From positions 1,408,001-1,472,000 of the forward strand of contig CAVZVA010000010.1 in assembly GCA_963778655.1 (NCBI GenBank): a stretch of 64,000 nt of DNA, written 5' to 3'. This document shows, one piece after another, positions 1 to 9,337 of this stretch. The stretch's first letter is position 1. Each line of letters starts with the position of its first letter. The position numbers and the translations under genes are program-made. Source of the stretch: an uncultured delta proteobacterium. GTDB taxonomy: Bacteria; Myxococcota_A; Polyangia; Polyangiales; JAFGIB01. The notes below the pieces were generated by a model. It was not told the DNA's origin, did no database searches, and saw only the letters and a program-made list of their open reading frames with translations.

Positions 1-356
1 GCGAAGCTGTCTCCGTCGAAGTCCCCGAACACCGGAAAGCCCACGATCTGCTGCCCGGTCTGCACCTGGAAGCGCACGCTGCCGTCGTAATTGAGCACCA
101 CCAGGCTGCCCTGGTCGGGCGTGTAATTGCCGGCGGTGAAGGTCCCGCCGCGCAGCACCAGCGCGATCTCGAGCCGGCCGTCGCCGTCCATGTCCCCGAG
201 CGCGATGCCGTCCGGGCTGCCGCCGGGCGTCTGCGCCCACTTCTCGACCAGCACGTTGGCGCGGGCGCGCGGCGCGAACGCGAGCGCGCACAGCAGTGCG
301 AGCAGCGCGCCGAGGCACGCGCGTCGCATGATTGCGCGTCGTGTCGGCCCGCGCAT
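1..356 (-). CDS. FG-GAP/VCBS-repeat secreted protein, N-terminal part (runs off the window start)
   Basis: Manual translation MRGPTRRAIMRRACLGALLALLCALAFAPRARA-NVLVEKW...ALGDMDGDGRLEI...VFGDFDGDSF shows a signal peptide and DxDGDG repeats; not in the ORF track. Confidence 0.75.
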   Translation of the reverse strand, partial: MRGPTRRAIMRRACLGALLALLCALAFAPRARANVLVEKWAQTPGGSPDGIALGDMDGDGRLEIALVLRGGTFTAGNYTPDQGSLVVLNYDGSVRFQVQTGQQIVGFPVFGDFDGDSF

Positions 357-370
357 GTCGCGGTAGCCGC

Positions 371-784
371 TCAAGGCGCGCCCCTGTGCACCTGGTCTCG
401 TAGCACCTTGCCGTCGAGCAGACCGAGCGGCGGCGCCGGCCGTCCGTTGGGCGCGCCGCGCGGCACGGGTCCCACGCCGAAGCGCGCCGGGCTGCACTCC
501 GAGACGCCGGCCGTCACCGCGACGCACACGTTGCCCGGCTCGCAGTCGGCTTGCGACGCGCAGCGCCCGCCGTGCAAGGCCGACGAGAGCGTGGGCGCGC
601 GCAGCTCTTGGGCCCGGGCCGCACGTGCCACGGTCGGATCGCGTTCGGCCGCCGGGCGCAGCACGCGCGGAGCCGGCGCGGCCGCGCGGGCGGCGGGACT
701 CGGCGCGGACGCCACAGGCGCAGCGGCCGGCGGCGTCTCACAGCCCGCGAAGGTCGCCACGGCGAGGCTCCAGAGCAGCCTCAT
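371..784 (-). CDS. Small Cys-rich lipoprotein
   Basis: MRLLWSLAVATFAG-C lipobox, Pro/Ala linker, C-x5-C-x5-C module (GRCASQADCEPGNVC); start could be 811. Confidence 0.65.
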   Translation of the reverse strand: MRLLWSLAVATFAGCETPPAAAPVASAPSPAARAAAPAPRVLRPAAERDPTVARAARAQELRAPTLSSALHGGRCASQADCEPGNVCVAVTAGVSECSPARFGVGPVPRGAPNGRPAPPLGLLDGKVLRDQVHRGAP

Positions 785-812
785 CCGTCGTGAATGGGGT
801 GCCACCATCAAT

Positions 813-832
813 GCATTATTACTGTATAATGC
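813..832. promoter_or_regulatory. Candidate operator, perfect 7-6-7 inverted repeat GCATTAT-TACTGT-ATAATGC
   Basis: AT-rich palindrome in the short gap upstream of the 784/356 minus-strand genes. Confidence 0.4.
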
Positions 833-835
833 TTT

Positions 836-2218
836 TTACATTGGAACAATCTCGGATGGCGTCGGGCTGCCGGCAAAGGGCCCTTGGCCCCAGCACAGCC
901 CGGCTCCGAGCGGGTCCACCGCGCAGCTCGCCAGCGTTCCGGCGCTCACGTCGCGGAAGCCGGGGTCGGGCGCGACGTCGGTGGGACTCGCCAGCACGAG
1001 GCCGGGCACGCCGAGCTGCGCGCTCTCGTCGTTGCCGAAGCACGCGAGCCGGCCGTCGCTGCGCAGCGCGCAGGTGTGGGTTGCCCCGGCGCTGACCAGC
1101 GTGAACTCGCCGGCAACGATCTGCGGTGCGGTGGTGGGCTGTGTGTCGCCGGTGCCGAGCTGCCCGAAGTCGTTGGCGCCGAAGCACCACAGCACCTGCT
1201 CGTCCGTGATCGCGCAGCTGTGCGAGGTGCCGGCCGAGACTGCGGCGAAATGCGGGTCGCCGGCCACTTGCACCTGCACCGGCAGCAGGCTGCAGGCCGC
1301 CGACGCCGTGTTGAGCGTGCACGCATCGCTCGCCGCCGCTCCCAGCTGGCCCCGATCGTCGGCACCCCAGCACCAGAGCGTGCCGTCGCTGCGCACGGCG
1401 CAGGTGTGCGCGGCGCCGGCATCGAGCGCCAGGTAGCTCGCCCCGCCGACGACCGCCACCGGCGTGGAGCTGCCTTCGCCCGGATCGTTGCTGTCTCCCA
1501 AGCCCTGTCCGTTGCCGAGCCGGCCGAGCAGGTCGTAGCCGAAGCAATATGCGTGTCCGCCATCGTCGAGCGCGCAGGTGTGCCAGTCGCCCGCGCCCAC
1601 TGCGCTCCATCCGACCGCCGGCGCGTCCACCGCGGTCGGCGCAAGCAGCGGCGCGGCGTCCGGTCCCGCGCTCTGCCCGAAGCTGTTGCTGCCCCAGCAG
1701 TAGAGCTGGCCCGCGCGAATGCCGCAGCTGTGAAAGCGCCCCACGCTGACCGCGCTCCAGTCGCTCTGCGAGCCGACGCGTGCCGCTGAGGCGCGCGCGT
1801 CCGTGTCGCCGAGCCCGAGCTGGCCGAAGCCGTTGTCGCCCCAGCAGTACAGCACGCCCTCGCTCGAGATCGCGCACGCGTGCGTGTAGCCCGCGGCCAC
1901 CTTGCTGAAGCGCAGCGCAGGCGGGCCTTTGCCCTCGCTCTGCGGCGCGGGTTGCGGCGCCTGGCCGATCGTCACGCCGGCCGCCGCGTCGCGCACGCCG
2001 CCCGCGTCGCCGGGCTCTGGCGTGCCCGCAGCGATCGCCGGCGCGCTCGCCTGCGATGCGCTCCACGCGCCGCCGTCCGTCTCCGCTGCGCCGGCTGCTC
2101 CGGCGCCCGACCGGCGGTCTTCGCTGTGCGTGGTCGGGACCCGCGCGGCTGGGGAGCAGCCGAGCAGCGCGAGCAGGCACAGACAAGCGCGCAGGCTCGA
2201 TCCCGGAGCAGCGGTCAC
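836..2218 (-). CDS. RCC1-repeat (beta-propeller) lipoprotein
   Basis: Seven AGxxHxCA...CWGxNxxGQLG-type repeats; LLALLG-C lipobox; GTG start chosen. Confidence 0.9.
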   Translation of the reverse strand: MTAAPGSSLRACLCLLALLGCSPAARVPTTHSEDRRSGAGAAGAAETDGGAWSASQASAPAIAAGTPEPGDAGGVRDAAAGVTIGQAPQPAPQSEGKGPPALRFSKVAAGYTHACAISSEGVLYCWGDNGFGQLGLGDTDARASAARVGSQSDWSAVSVGRFHSCGIRAGQLYCWGSNSFGQSAGPDAAPLLAPTAVDAPAVGWSAVGAGDWHTCALDDGGHAYCFGYDLLGRLGNGQGLGDSNDPGEGSSTPVAVVGGASYLALDAGAAHTCAVRSDGTLWCWGADDRGQLGAAASDACTLNTASAACSLLPVQVQVAGDPHFAAVSAGTSHSCAITDEQVLWCFGANDFGQLGTGDTQPTTAPQIVAGEFTLVSAGATHTCALRSDGRLACFGNDESAQLGVPGLVLASPTDVAPDPGFRDVSAGTLASCAVDPLGAGLCWGQGPFAGSPTPSEIVPM

Positions 2219-2351
2219 CTCTGCAAGCTTGCCATGGATGTGCGGGCGCACCCAGCGCGCGCGGCCTCTCGGTCGGCGTGCTTGCGCGCGCTGTGGGTCG
2301 GGGTGAGCGCGCCGCCGTCGCGGCGCGCGATGTGCGTGATACGATCGCAAG

Positions 2352-4493
2352 GTGCGGCACAGCACGCCGAGCAGCGACGCAACCGGTGCCGAGCCGCTGT
2401 GCTGGTTGCCGTGGTTGTTGTTGTGCGCCGCCGCGGTCGTGCTCGCCTTCGGCGTGGCCGCCGGACCGCAGCTCTACGACCCCGGCGAGCTGACCGCGGC
2501 GGCGCTGGGCCTGGGCGGCTCGCACCCGCCGGGCCAGACCTTGCACGCGCTGCTCGCGCACGTGCTGTTTCGCTTGCCGCTCGGGCCGATTCCGGCGCGG
2601 CTCGGGCTGCTGAGCGCGGGCTGCACGCTGTTCGCCGCCGGGCTGGCCGGCCAGCTGTGCCAGGAGCTGTGCGCCGAGCTCGGGTTGCGCGCGGGGGTGG
2701 TGCCGGCGCTGTGCAGGAGCGCGGCCGTGCTCGGCTTGCTGCTCTCGCCGGTGGTGCTGCGGCAGAGCTTGCGCGTCGAGGTGTACGCGCTTTCGCTGCT
2801 GTTGTTCGTGGCCGCGGCGTTGCTGCTGCTGCGCTGGGCGCGTGACGCGCGCGCCGGCTACCTGTGGGCCGCCGCGTGCCTGGCCGGGCTCGCGATGTGT
2901 ACGCATCCGCCCTGCGGGCTGGCGATCGCGCTGACGGCCGCGTGCCTGGGCGCGCTGCAGCCGCGGCGGCTGCTCGGCCGGCCGCGCGTGGTGCTGGGCG
3001 CGGTCGCCGCGGGTCTGCTGTTCTTGCTGACGCTGCTGTACCTGCCGCTGCGGGCACGCGCCGGCGCCGCCATGTGGGGCACCCCGCAAACGCTTTCCGG
3101 CTTCGTGCGCTACGTGTCCGCGCAGGCGTACATGTTCAACGTCACGCGGGGCAGCCACCTTGGATTTGCGCTGGCCTACGCGGGCTACCTGCTGCGGGTC
3201 ACCGCCGGCGCGCCCGTGATCGGCGCGCTGCTGTTGCTCTCGGCGCAGCGCGGCTGCCGGCGCCCGCTGGTGGCCGGCTGCGTGCTCGCCGTGGCCGCCG
3301 CGTTCGCGAGCGCGTGCCTGCAGCCGCTCGAGGCGCGCAATCCCGACAACGTGGCGTACCTCGGGCCCGCCTTGGCGCTGCTCGTGGTGACCGGTGCGGC
3401 GGGCTTCGGAGCCGTGGTGGTTGCGCAGCGCCGGCCCGCCGGCGCGGGTGCTGCACAGGCCGAGCGCGTAGGTTTCTCGAGGGCGGTATGGCGTGCCCTC
3501 GCGCTGCTCGGGTTGGCCTGCGTCGCGCTGCCGTGGACCACGCTGCCGCAACTGCCCGCGCACCTGCGCGGCGACGTGCCCGCGCTCGAGACGCTGACCG
3601 CTGCCCTGGTCGAGGCGCCGCCGCCGCGCACGCTGGTAGTCGCGGGCTCGGAGCTGACCGCCGCTGCCTGGACGATGGCCAAGGCGGTGGACGGAGCGCG
3701 ACCGGACGTCGCCCTGTTCGCCACCGGCCTGGCCACCTCGTCGTGGCACTGGGCGCAGCTCGCCAAGCACCCGGGGTTGAGCGGGCGCCCGCGGCGCGCA
3801 GCCGGGCGCGACGCCCACGAGGGCTACACGCGCGGCGCGGTGTTGGCCGCGCTGCCGCACGTGCCGGTCGCGCTCGAGCAAGACCTGCCGGGCTTCCCGC
3901 CCGGGCGGCTGGTCGGCGGCTACACGTTGCTCGAGAGCGCGCGCGCGCCGGGCGTGCCGGACTACGATCCACGCGGCATCGCCGAGCGCATCGTGCCCAG
4001 CCTGGCGCGCGACGTGGCGGCCGGGCCTCCGGGGGATGCGGGCGCGGCCGCCGCCGGGGTGCGCGCGTACCTGTGCCGGCGCGCGCGGCGCTTGCTGCGG
4101 CTCGGCCGCAGCCGCGAGGCGCTGCACAGCACGGCGCTCGCGCTGTGGCAGCTAGCGCCGGCCGAGCGCGCGTTGCTGCACGTCTCGCACGACGTGCCGG
4201 CGGCGCGCCTGCCGCCCGTGTTCGACGACCGCGCCAGCTACGAGCTGTCGCTGGAAGACGCCGTGCGGGAGGCAGCCGCCGAGCTGTGGGCGCTCTCCGC
4301 GCGCGACGCCGCGCGCACGCTGCTCGCGCACCAGCTCAAGCGCGGCGATCCGCACGCGCTGCTGCAACTCGCGCTGCTGCTGTCTGCCGGGGGCGATCGG
4401 CACGCCGCGCTGCAGCTGCTCGCCAGCGTCGAGCGCGAGCTGCCGCGGCTGCGCTCCGATGTGGGCGCGGTGCGGGCCGCGCTGCGGCCGTGA
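2352..4493 (+). CDS. DUF2723/TMEM260-like GT-C membrane glycosyltransferase (putative protein O-mannosyltransferase-like)
   Basis: DPGEL..., SHPPGQTLH and VEVYAL motifs, many TM helices, TPR-like helical C-terminus. Confidence 0.7.
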   Translation: MRHSTPSSDATGAEPLCWLPWLLLCAAAVVLAFGVAAGPQLYDPGELTAAALGLGGSHPPGQTLHALLAHVLFRLPLGPIPARLGLLSAGCTLFAAGLAGQLCQELCAELGLRAGVVPALCRSAAVLGLLLSPVVLRQSLRVEVYALSLLLFVAAALLLLRWARDARAGYLWAAACLAGLAMCTHPPCGLAIALTAACLGALQPRRLLGRPRVVLGAVAAGLLFLLTLLYLPLRARAGAAMWGTPQTLSGFVRYVSAQAYMFNVTRGSHLGFALAYAGYLLRVTAGAPVIGALLLLSAQRGCRRPLVAGCVLAVAAAFASACLQPLEARNPDNVAYLGPALALLVVTGAAGFGAVVVAQRRPAGAGAAQAERVGFSRAVWRALALLGLACVALPWTTLPQLPAHLRGDVPALETLTAALVEAPPPRTLVVAGSELTAAAWTMAKAVDGARPDVALFATGLATSSWHWAQLAKHPGLSGRPRRAAGRDAHEGYTRGAVLAALPHVPVALEQDLPGFPPGRLVGGYTLLESARAPGVPDYDPRGIAERIVPSLARDVAAGPPGDAGAAAAGVRAYLCRRARRLLRLGRSREALHSTALALWQLAPAERALLHVSHDVPAARLPPVFDDRASYELSLEDAVREAAAELWALSARDAARTLLAHQLKRGDPHALLQLALLLSAGGDRHAALQLLASVERELPRLRSDVGAVRAALRP

Positions 4494-4594
4494 GCACGCG
4501 ACACGTGGTGGCCGAACCCACATAGGCGGCACGATCGTGCAGCATTGCTGCGCGCGACGGCGCACGCGGTCGCCGGCAAGGTATCCTCTTGTTG

Positions 4595-5905
4595 ATGAGC
4601 TTGGTGCTCGACTACCTCAACCACGCCAGCGTCCTGTTGCGCGTCGGACCGCACGCCATCTTGAGTGACCCCTGGTACGAGGGCACGGCGTTTTCGGGCG
4701 GTTGGGGGCTGCGCTACCACAATCAGGCGGCGCTGCAGACCGCGGCACAAGCGAGCCACCTGTGGATCTCGCACTGGCACAGCGATCACCTGCATGCCCC
4801 CACGCTCGAGCGCCTTGCGCGGCTCAATCCGGAGATGGTGGTGCTTGCGAACGTGTCGGCCAACTTCTCCATGGTCGAGCGCTTGCGCGGGCTGGGGTTC
4901 TCGCGCGTGCTGCCGCTACCCGAGCGCGAGCCGCTCGCGCTGGGCGCGCGCGTGGAGGTGACGCGCTATCCGACCGCAGGCATCGACAACATGCTGCACC
5001 TGCGCGCCCCCGGCTGGTCGGTGCTCAACTACAACGATTGCAATCTGCCTGCGACATCGCTCGCGATGCTGCGTCGCACGCTGGGTCCGATCGATCTGCT
5101 GCTCAACAACTACAATCACGCCGGCAAGCTCTTCCGCCGCGACACGGCGGAGAACGAGAAGGCCGCACTGTGGCGCACCTTCGCCCGCGTGGCCGAGGTG
5201 CTCGGCGCGCGCTGGGTCGTGCCTTTTGCTTCCGACCACTACTACCGCAGCGAGCTCAGCCGCGACCAGAACGCGTCTCTACTGCGCACAGACGACCTGC
5301 GCGCGCGCGCCGCGCACAATCCGCGTTTGCTGCTGCTCGAGGTGGGCCAGCGGGCGAGCTTCGGCTCGTCCGACGACCCGGCGCAGGTAGTGCCGGCCAA
5401 CCCGCCCGCGGAGCTCGCGACCGAGGAGCTGCACGACTACGGGCCGTCGCGCAGCGCCGAGCAGCTGCTCGGCGCCGCCGACGCGCGCTGCGAGCAGCTG
5501 CGGCGGGCGTTTCTCGGCTTGTCGCGGCTGCTCGATCCGCTGCGGGTGGCGGTCTCCGATCTGCGCTCGGTATTGGTGCTCGACCCGGCCGGTCGCGCGT
5601 CGTTGGAGCTGGGCTCGCACGCCCACATCGAGGCGCACTCGCGTGCGATCCACGACTGGCTGGCACGCCGCTTCGGCGACGATACCTTCTTCGCCGGCGC
5701 GCACTTTGCGCTGCGGGATCCAGACACCAGCGTGATCGAGCGCTGGGCGCTCGCCACCATGCTCGAGGCCAGCCACTTGGATCCGCACGCGATGCTCGGC
5801 TACCTGCGCGCGCCCGCTGGGCTGCGCTTTCTGTGGAGCCGGCGCGAGGAGCTCGCCGGCACGCTGGTCGGCGCGCGTTTCAGGGCCGGGCAGATCCGGC
5901 TGTGA
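4595..5905 (+). CDS. MBL-fold metallo-hydrolase (UlaG/CMAH-C-like)
   Basis: NHAS, DPW, SHWHSDH (HxHxDH) and PFAS motifs. Confidence 0.75.
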   Translation: MSLVLDYLNHASVLLRVGPHAILSDPWYEGTAFSGGWGLRYHNQAALQTAAQASHLWISHWHSDHLHAPTLERLARLNPEMVVLANVSANFSMVERLRGLGFSRVLPLPEREPLALGARVEVTRYPTAGIDNMLHLRAPGWSVLNYNDCNLPATSLAMLRRTLGPIDLLLNNYNHAGKLFRRDTAENEKAALWRTFARVAEVLGARWVVPFASDHYYRSELSRDQNASLLRTDDLRARAAHNPRLLLLEVGQRASFGSSDDPAQVVPANPPAELATEELHDYGPSRSAEQLLGAADARCEQLRRAFLGLSRLLDPLRVAVSDLRSVLVLDPAGRASLELGSHAHIEAHSRAIHDWLARRFGDDTFFAGAHFALRDPDTSVIERWALATMLEASHLDPHAMLGYLRAPAGLRFLWSRREELAGTLVGARFRAGQIRL

Positions 5906-5936
5906 GCCGGCGCCTCGGGTTCGGGCTCGGCCCGAA

Positions 5937-7076
5937 TCAGAAGCCCTTGAGACGCGCGAAGCGATCGCGGTGATAGGCCGCGTCGCCCAGCGTCACCTCG
6001 GTGGCGGCGCCGCGCTTGAGGTAGAGCCCGATGTCGTGCTCGTCGGTCATGCCGATGCCGCCGTGCATCTGAATCGCCTCGCGCGTGATCAGCTTGGAGG
6101 CCTCGCTCAGCCGCGCCTTGGCCGCGCTCGCCATCACCGCGACGTCCTCGCGTCCGGCGTCGATCGCGCTGAGCGCGTCCAGCACCACCGACTTGGCCAG
6201 CTCGAGCTCGCAGAACATCTCGACCGTGCGGTGTTGCAGTGCCTGGAAGGTACCGATCAGGGCGTCGAATTGCACCCGCGTTTTGAGGTACTCGAGCGTG
6301 GTCTCGTAGGCCTGGCTGATCGTGCCCAGCATTTCGGCCGCGAGGCAGATGGTCGCCCGGTCGAGCACCGGGTCGAGGATGTCGGCGCCCGCGCCGGCCG
6401 CGCCCAGCAGCGCCGACGCCGGCAGCTCGACCGCCTCCAGCTTGAGCTTGGCGGCGTTGCGGCTGTCGACCATCAGCGTGCGCTCGATCTTCACGCCGGG
6501 CGTGCCGGCGTCGAGCAGAAACAGGCTGATGCCCGCGCGCTCGCCCGGCTGGCCCGAGGTGCGGGCCGAGACGATCAGCTTCTGGGCGACGTGGCCGTCG
6601 AGCACGAAGGTCTTCTGGCCGCTGAGCTTGTAGCCGCTGCCGCTCTTCTCGGCCTTGGTCGCGACCTCGTACGGGCTGAAGCGCCGCGTCTCCTCGAACG
6701 CCAGCGCCATCCACGTGCTGCCTTCGCTGATCCCGGGCAGCAGCGCCTTCTTCTGCGCCTCGCTGCCGCCCTGCAGCAGCGCACCTCCGCACAGCAGTAC
6801 CGTCGACAGCAGCGGGGTCGGCGCCAACGTGCGGCCGCACTCCTCCATCACCACGCCGAGCTCGGTGTAGCCGAGGCCGGTTCCGCCGTACTGCTCGGGC
6901 ACGATGATGCCCGACCAGCCGAGCTCGGCCATCTGCTGCCAGAGCTGGGGCGAGAAGCCGGTCGCGTCCTTGAGATCGCGTAGCTTGCGCAGATGGCTCA
7001 CCGGCGCGTTCTCGCGCACGAACTGGCGCGCGTTGTCCTTGAGCATCTGCTGTTCGGCGTTGAGCGTGAGTGACAT
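5937..7076 (-). CDS. Acyl-CoA dehydrogenase, partner subunit (PimD-like)
   Basis: IPEQYGG-like, LSGQKTFV, RVQF..IGTFQALQH, QMHGGIGMTDEHD. Confidence 0.9.
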   Translation of the reverse strand: MSLTLNAEQQMLKDNARQFVRENAPVSHLRKLRDLKDATGFSPQLWQQMAELGWSGIIVPEQYGGTGLGYTELGVVMEECGRTLAPTPLLSTVLLCGGALLQGGSEAQKKALLPGISEGSTWMALAFEETRRFSPYEVATKAEKSGSGYKLSGQKTFVLDGHVAQKLIVSARTSGQPGERAGISLFLLDAGTPGVKIERTLMVDSRNAAKLKLEAVELPASALLGAAGAGADILDPVLDRATICLAAEMLGTISQAYETTLEYLKTRVQFDALIGTFQALQHRTVEMFCELELAKSVVLDALSAIDAGREDVAVMASAAKARLSEASKLITREAIQMHGGIGMTDEHDIGLYLKRGAATEVTLGDAAYHRDRFARLKGF

Positions 7077-7096
7077 CGTCGGATCCTCTGGTGTGT

Positions 7097-8311
7097 CTAG
7101 TCGCGTGACGGCAGCCCGAGCACGCGTTTTGCTATCACGTTGCGCTGGATTTCGGAGGTGCCGCCCTCGATCGTGCTGCCCTTGCCGCGCAGCCAGCCGC
7201 GCGTGGTGCCGAGCTCCTCCTGGCTGAAGAGCTCGCCTTCCCAGCCGAGCGCCTGATAGCCCATCACGCCCAGCATCAGCTCCGAGCGTCGCTTGCCGAG
7301 CTCGCTCATGTACAGCTTGAACATCGAGCTGGCGGCGTTGGGGCCGCCGCTGCGGGCCTCCTCGCCGGAGCGGCGCATGGTCAGCGTGAAGCAGAGCTGG
7401 TCGATCTCGAGGCGCGCGATCGCTTCGCGCAGCGCCGGCTCCGCCAGCTCACCCTGACTCGGGCCGAGGTAACGGCGCGCGCTCTCCGCGAGCGCCGAGG
7501 GGCCGCCGTTGTCGCGCTTGCGCGGCTCGCCCCCGCGGCGCCCGCCGAAGCCGAGCCCGGCGCCCATGCCCGAGAGCATGGTCCGCTCGTACTGCAGCAG
7601 GCGCTTGGCGATGGTCCAGCCGTCGTTTTCGCGTCCGATCAGGTTGTCGGCGCGCGCTTTGACGTTGTCGAAGAAGACCTCGCAGAACTGCGACTGGCCG
7701 CTGATCAGCCGGATCGGCTTGATGGTGACGCCCGGCGACTTGAGATCGAACAGGATGAAGCTGATGCCCTGGTGCTTGGGCGCGTCGGGGTCTGTGCGCA
7801 CCAGGCAGAACATCCAGTCGGACAGGTGCGCCATCGTGGTCCAGATCTTCTGGCCGTTGATCACGTAGCAGTCCCCGTCGCGCACCGCGCGGGTCTTGAG
7901 GCTCGCCAGGTCCGAGCCCGAGCTCGGCTCGCTGTAGCCCTGGCACCAGCGAATGTCGGCGCGCGCGATCTTGGGCAGGTGCTCGAGCTTCTGTTCGTGA
8001 TTGGCGAATTCGAGCAGCACCGGACCGAGCATCTGGGTGCCGAAGCTGAGCGCGGGGTTCATGCTGCCGATGCGCGCCAGCTCCTCGGCGATGACCGCGG
8101 CGTGCGCGGCGTCGAAGTCGCCCCCGCCGTAGATCTTGGGCCAGGCGGGTACAGTGTAGCCGCGCTCGGCCAGCGCGTGCGCCCAGTGCTTGACGTCCTC
8201 CGGCCCTGGGGCCGGCCGCGTCTGCCCCTGCTTCGGCGTCCGCAACGACGGCGGACAGTTGGCTTCGAGCCAGGAACGCGCTTGCTGCCGAAACTCCTCG
8301 AGCGAGCTCAT
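7097..8311 (-). CDS. Acyl-CoA dehydrogenase (PimC-like)
   Basis: WCQGYSEPSSGSDLASL, INGQKIWTT, IEGGTSEIQRNVIAKRVLGLP. Confidence 0.92.
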   Translation of the reverse strand: MSSLEEFRQQARSWLEANCPPSLRTPKQGQTRPAPGPEDVKHWAHALAERGYTVPAWPKIYGGGDFDAAHAAVIAEELARIGSMNPALSFGTQMLGPVLLEFANHEQKLEHLPKIARADIRWCQGYSEPSSGSDLASLKTRAVRDGDCYVINGQKIWTTMAHLSDWMFCLVRTDPDAPKHQGISFILFDLKSPGVTIKPIRLISGQSQFCEVFFDNVKARADNLIGRENDGWTIAKRLLQYERTMLSGMGAGLGFGGRRGGEPRKRDNGGPSALAESARRYLGPSQGELAEPALREAIARLEIDQLCFTLTMRRSGEEARSGGPNAASSMFKLYMSELGKRRSELMLGVMGYQALGWEGELFSQEELGTTRGWLRGKGSTIEGGTSEIQRNVIAKRVLGLPSRD

Positions 8312-8677
8312 CAGGTCGTATCCCTTTCGGTGTCCAGCCGCGGGCGATGGCCGCGTGCCGGCACCCAGCGGCTCAGGCGTAGCAGGCCGCGCGACGCGAC
8401 GGAAGCCCCGGCTTTGAATTAACTACAAAACCAGGCATTTTCCGGAGATCCGCCGACTCTTCGTGCGGGCGGCCGAGGGCGGCCCAGCCGGCAAAGCGCA
8501 TGGCCACATAAGCACTCGATGTGCTCGTGTCTTCGCAGCAAGAAAAAATTGGCCACGCGCCAGAAAACTGTGACCTCATGCGCCGGCTTTCGGGCACAAT
8601 CCGCTGGCCGAGGGCTGGGCTCCGGCTAGATTGAGCAGGGCATTTTGGGTCTAGCTTTGGTCGAGAGGATGGTTGGG

Positions 8678-9334
8678 ATGAACAAGCGAACGTGGGGTGG
8701 CGCGCTGGTCGCGCTCGGGTTGGTGTGCGCGGGTTGCAGCAGCAGCAATCACAGTGCGATGGATGCGGGGCCCGATGGCGGCGGCGGGGCTGCCGGTCAG
8801 GATGCGGGCAAGCCCGATGCAAGCATGGCGACTGACTCTGGCACGACGATGACCGCGATGCCGGTTCCATGCGGCAGCAACATGTGCCAGCCGCCTGCAG
8901 GGCTGGGCGCGCTGGCCGGCGGGCTCGGCGGTGCGGCCGGTGGCCTCGGTGGTCTGGGCGGCGCGCTTCCGATGCCGGTGGCTTGCTGTCTGGACGATTC
9001 CGCGGGCACCTGCGGTCTGGCGCCGATGGCGGGTGCGACGTGTGAGAAGCCGGCCGTGCCCGACGACCGCTGCCCGGGTCCGGACCTGGGCGCGCTGGGC
9101 GCGCTGGCTGGCGGCATGATGGCCGGCTGCTGCACCGACGACGGTATGTGCGGCGTCGACGGCGCGACCTTCGGCAACGGCTGCGTGGAGAACTCCGCCG
9201 CGGCGTCGATGATCATGGCGGTGCCGCTCATCGGCAGCTTCATCATGATCCCGCCCCCGCGGCCCTGTGACGCGACTGGCGAAGACGGCGGGACTATGAT
9301 GATGTCGGGCGGCGACGTCGACGCCGGGAACTGA
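8678..9334 (+). CDS. Cys-rich lipoprotein of unknown function
   Basis: LVCAG-C lipobox, DAG/Gly linker, two CC-x5/6-CG modules. Confidence 0.75.
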   Translation: MNKRTWGGALVALGLVCAGCSSSNHSAMDAGPDGGGGAAGQDAGKPDASMATDSGTTMTAMPVPCGSNMCQPPAGLGALAGGLGGAAGGLGGLGGALPMPVACCLDDSAGTCGLAPMAGATCEKPAVPDDRCPGPDLGALGALAGGMMAGCCTDDGMCGVDGATFGNGCVENSAAASMIMAVPLIGSFIMIPPPRPCDATGEDGGTMMMSGGDVDAGN

Positions 9335-9337
9335 GCT

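Noticed and set aside
811..836. dif/Xer site
   Set aside because: No match to the XerD arm TTATGTTAAAT
819..4127. 1102-aa minus-strand ORF and similar long Arg/Ala-rich ORFs (e.g. 12976-15672, 13739-15970, 25999-28470)
   Set aside because: Shadow frames of real genes, caused by the scarcity of stop codons at high GC; no domain motifs
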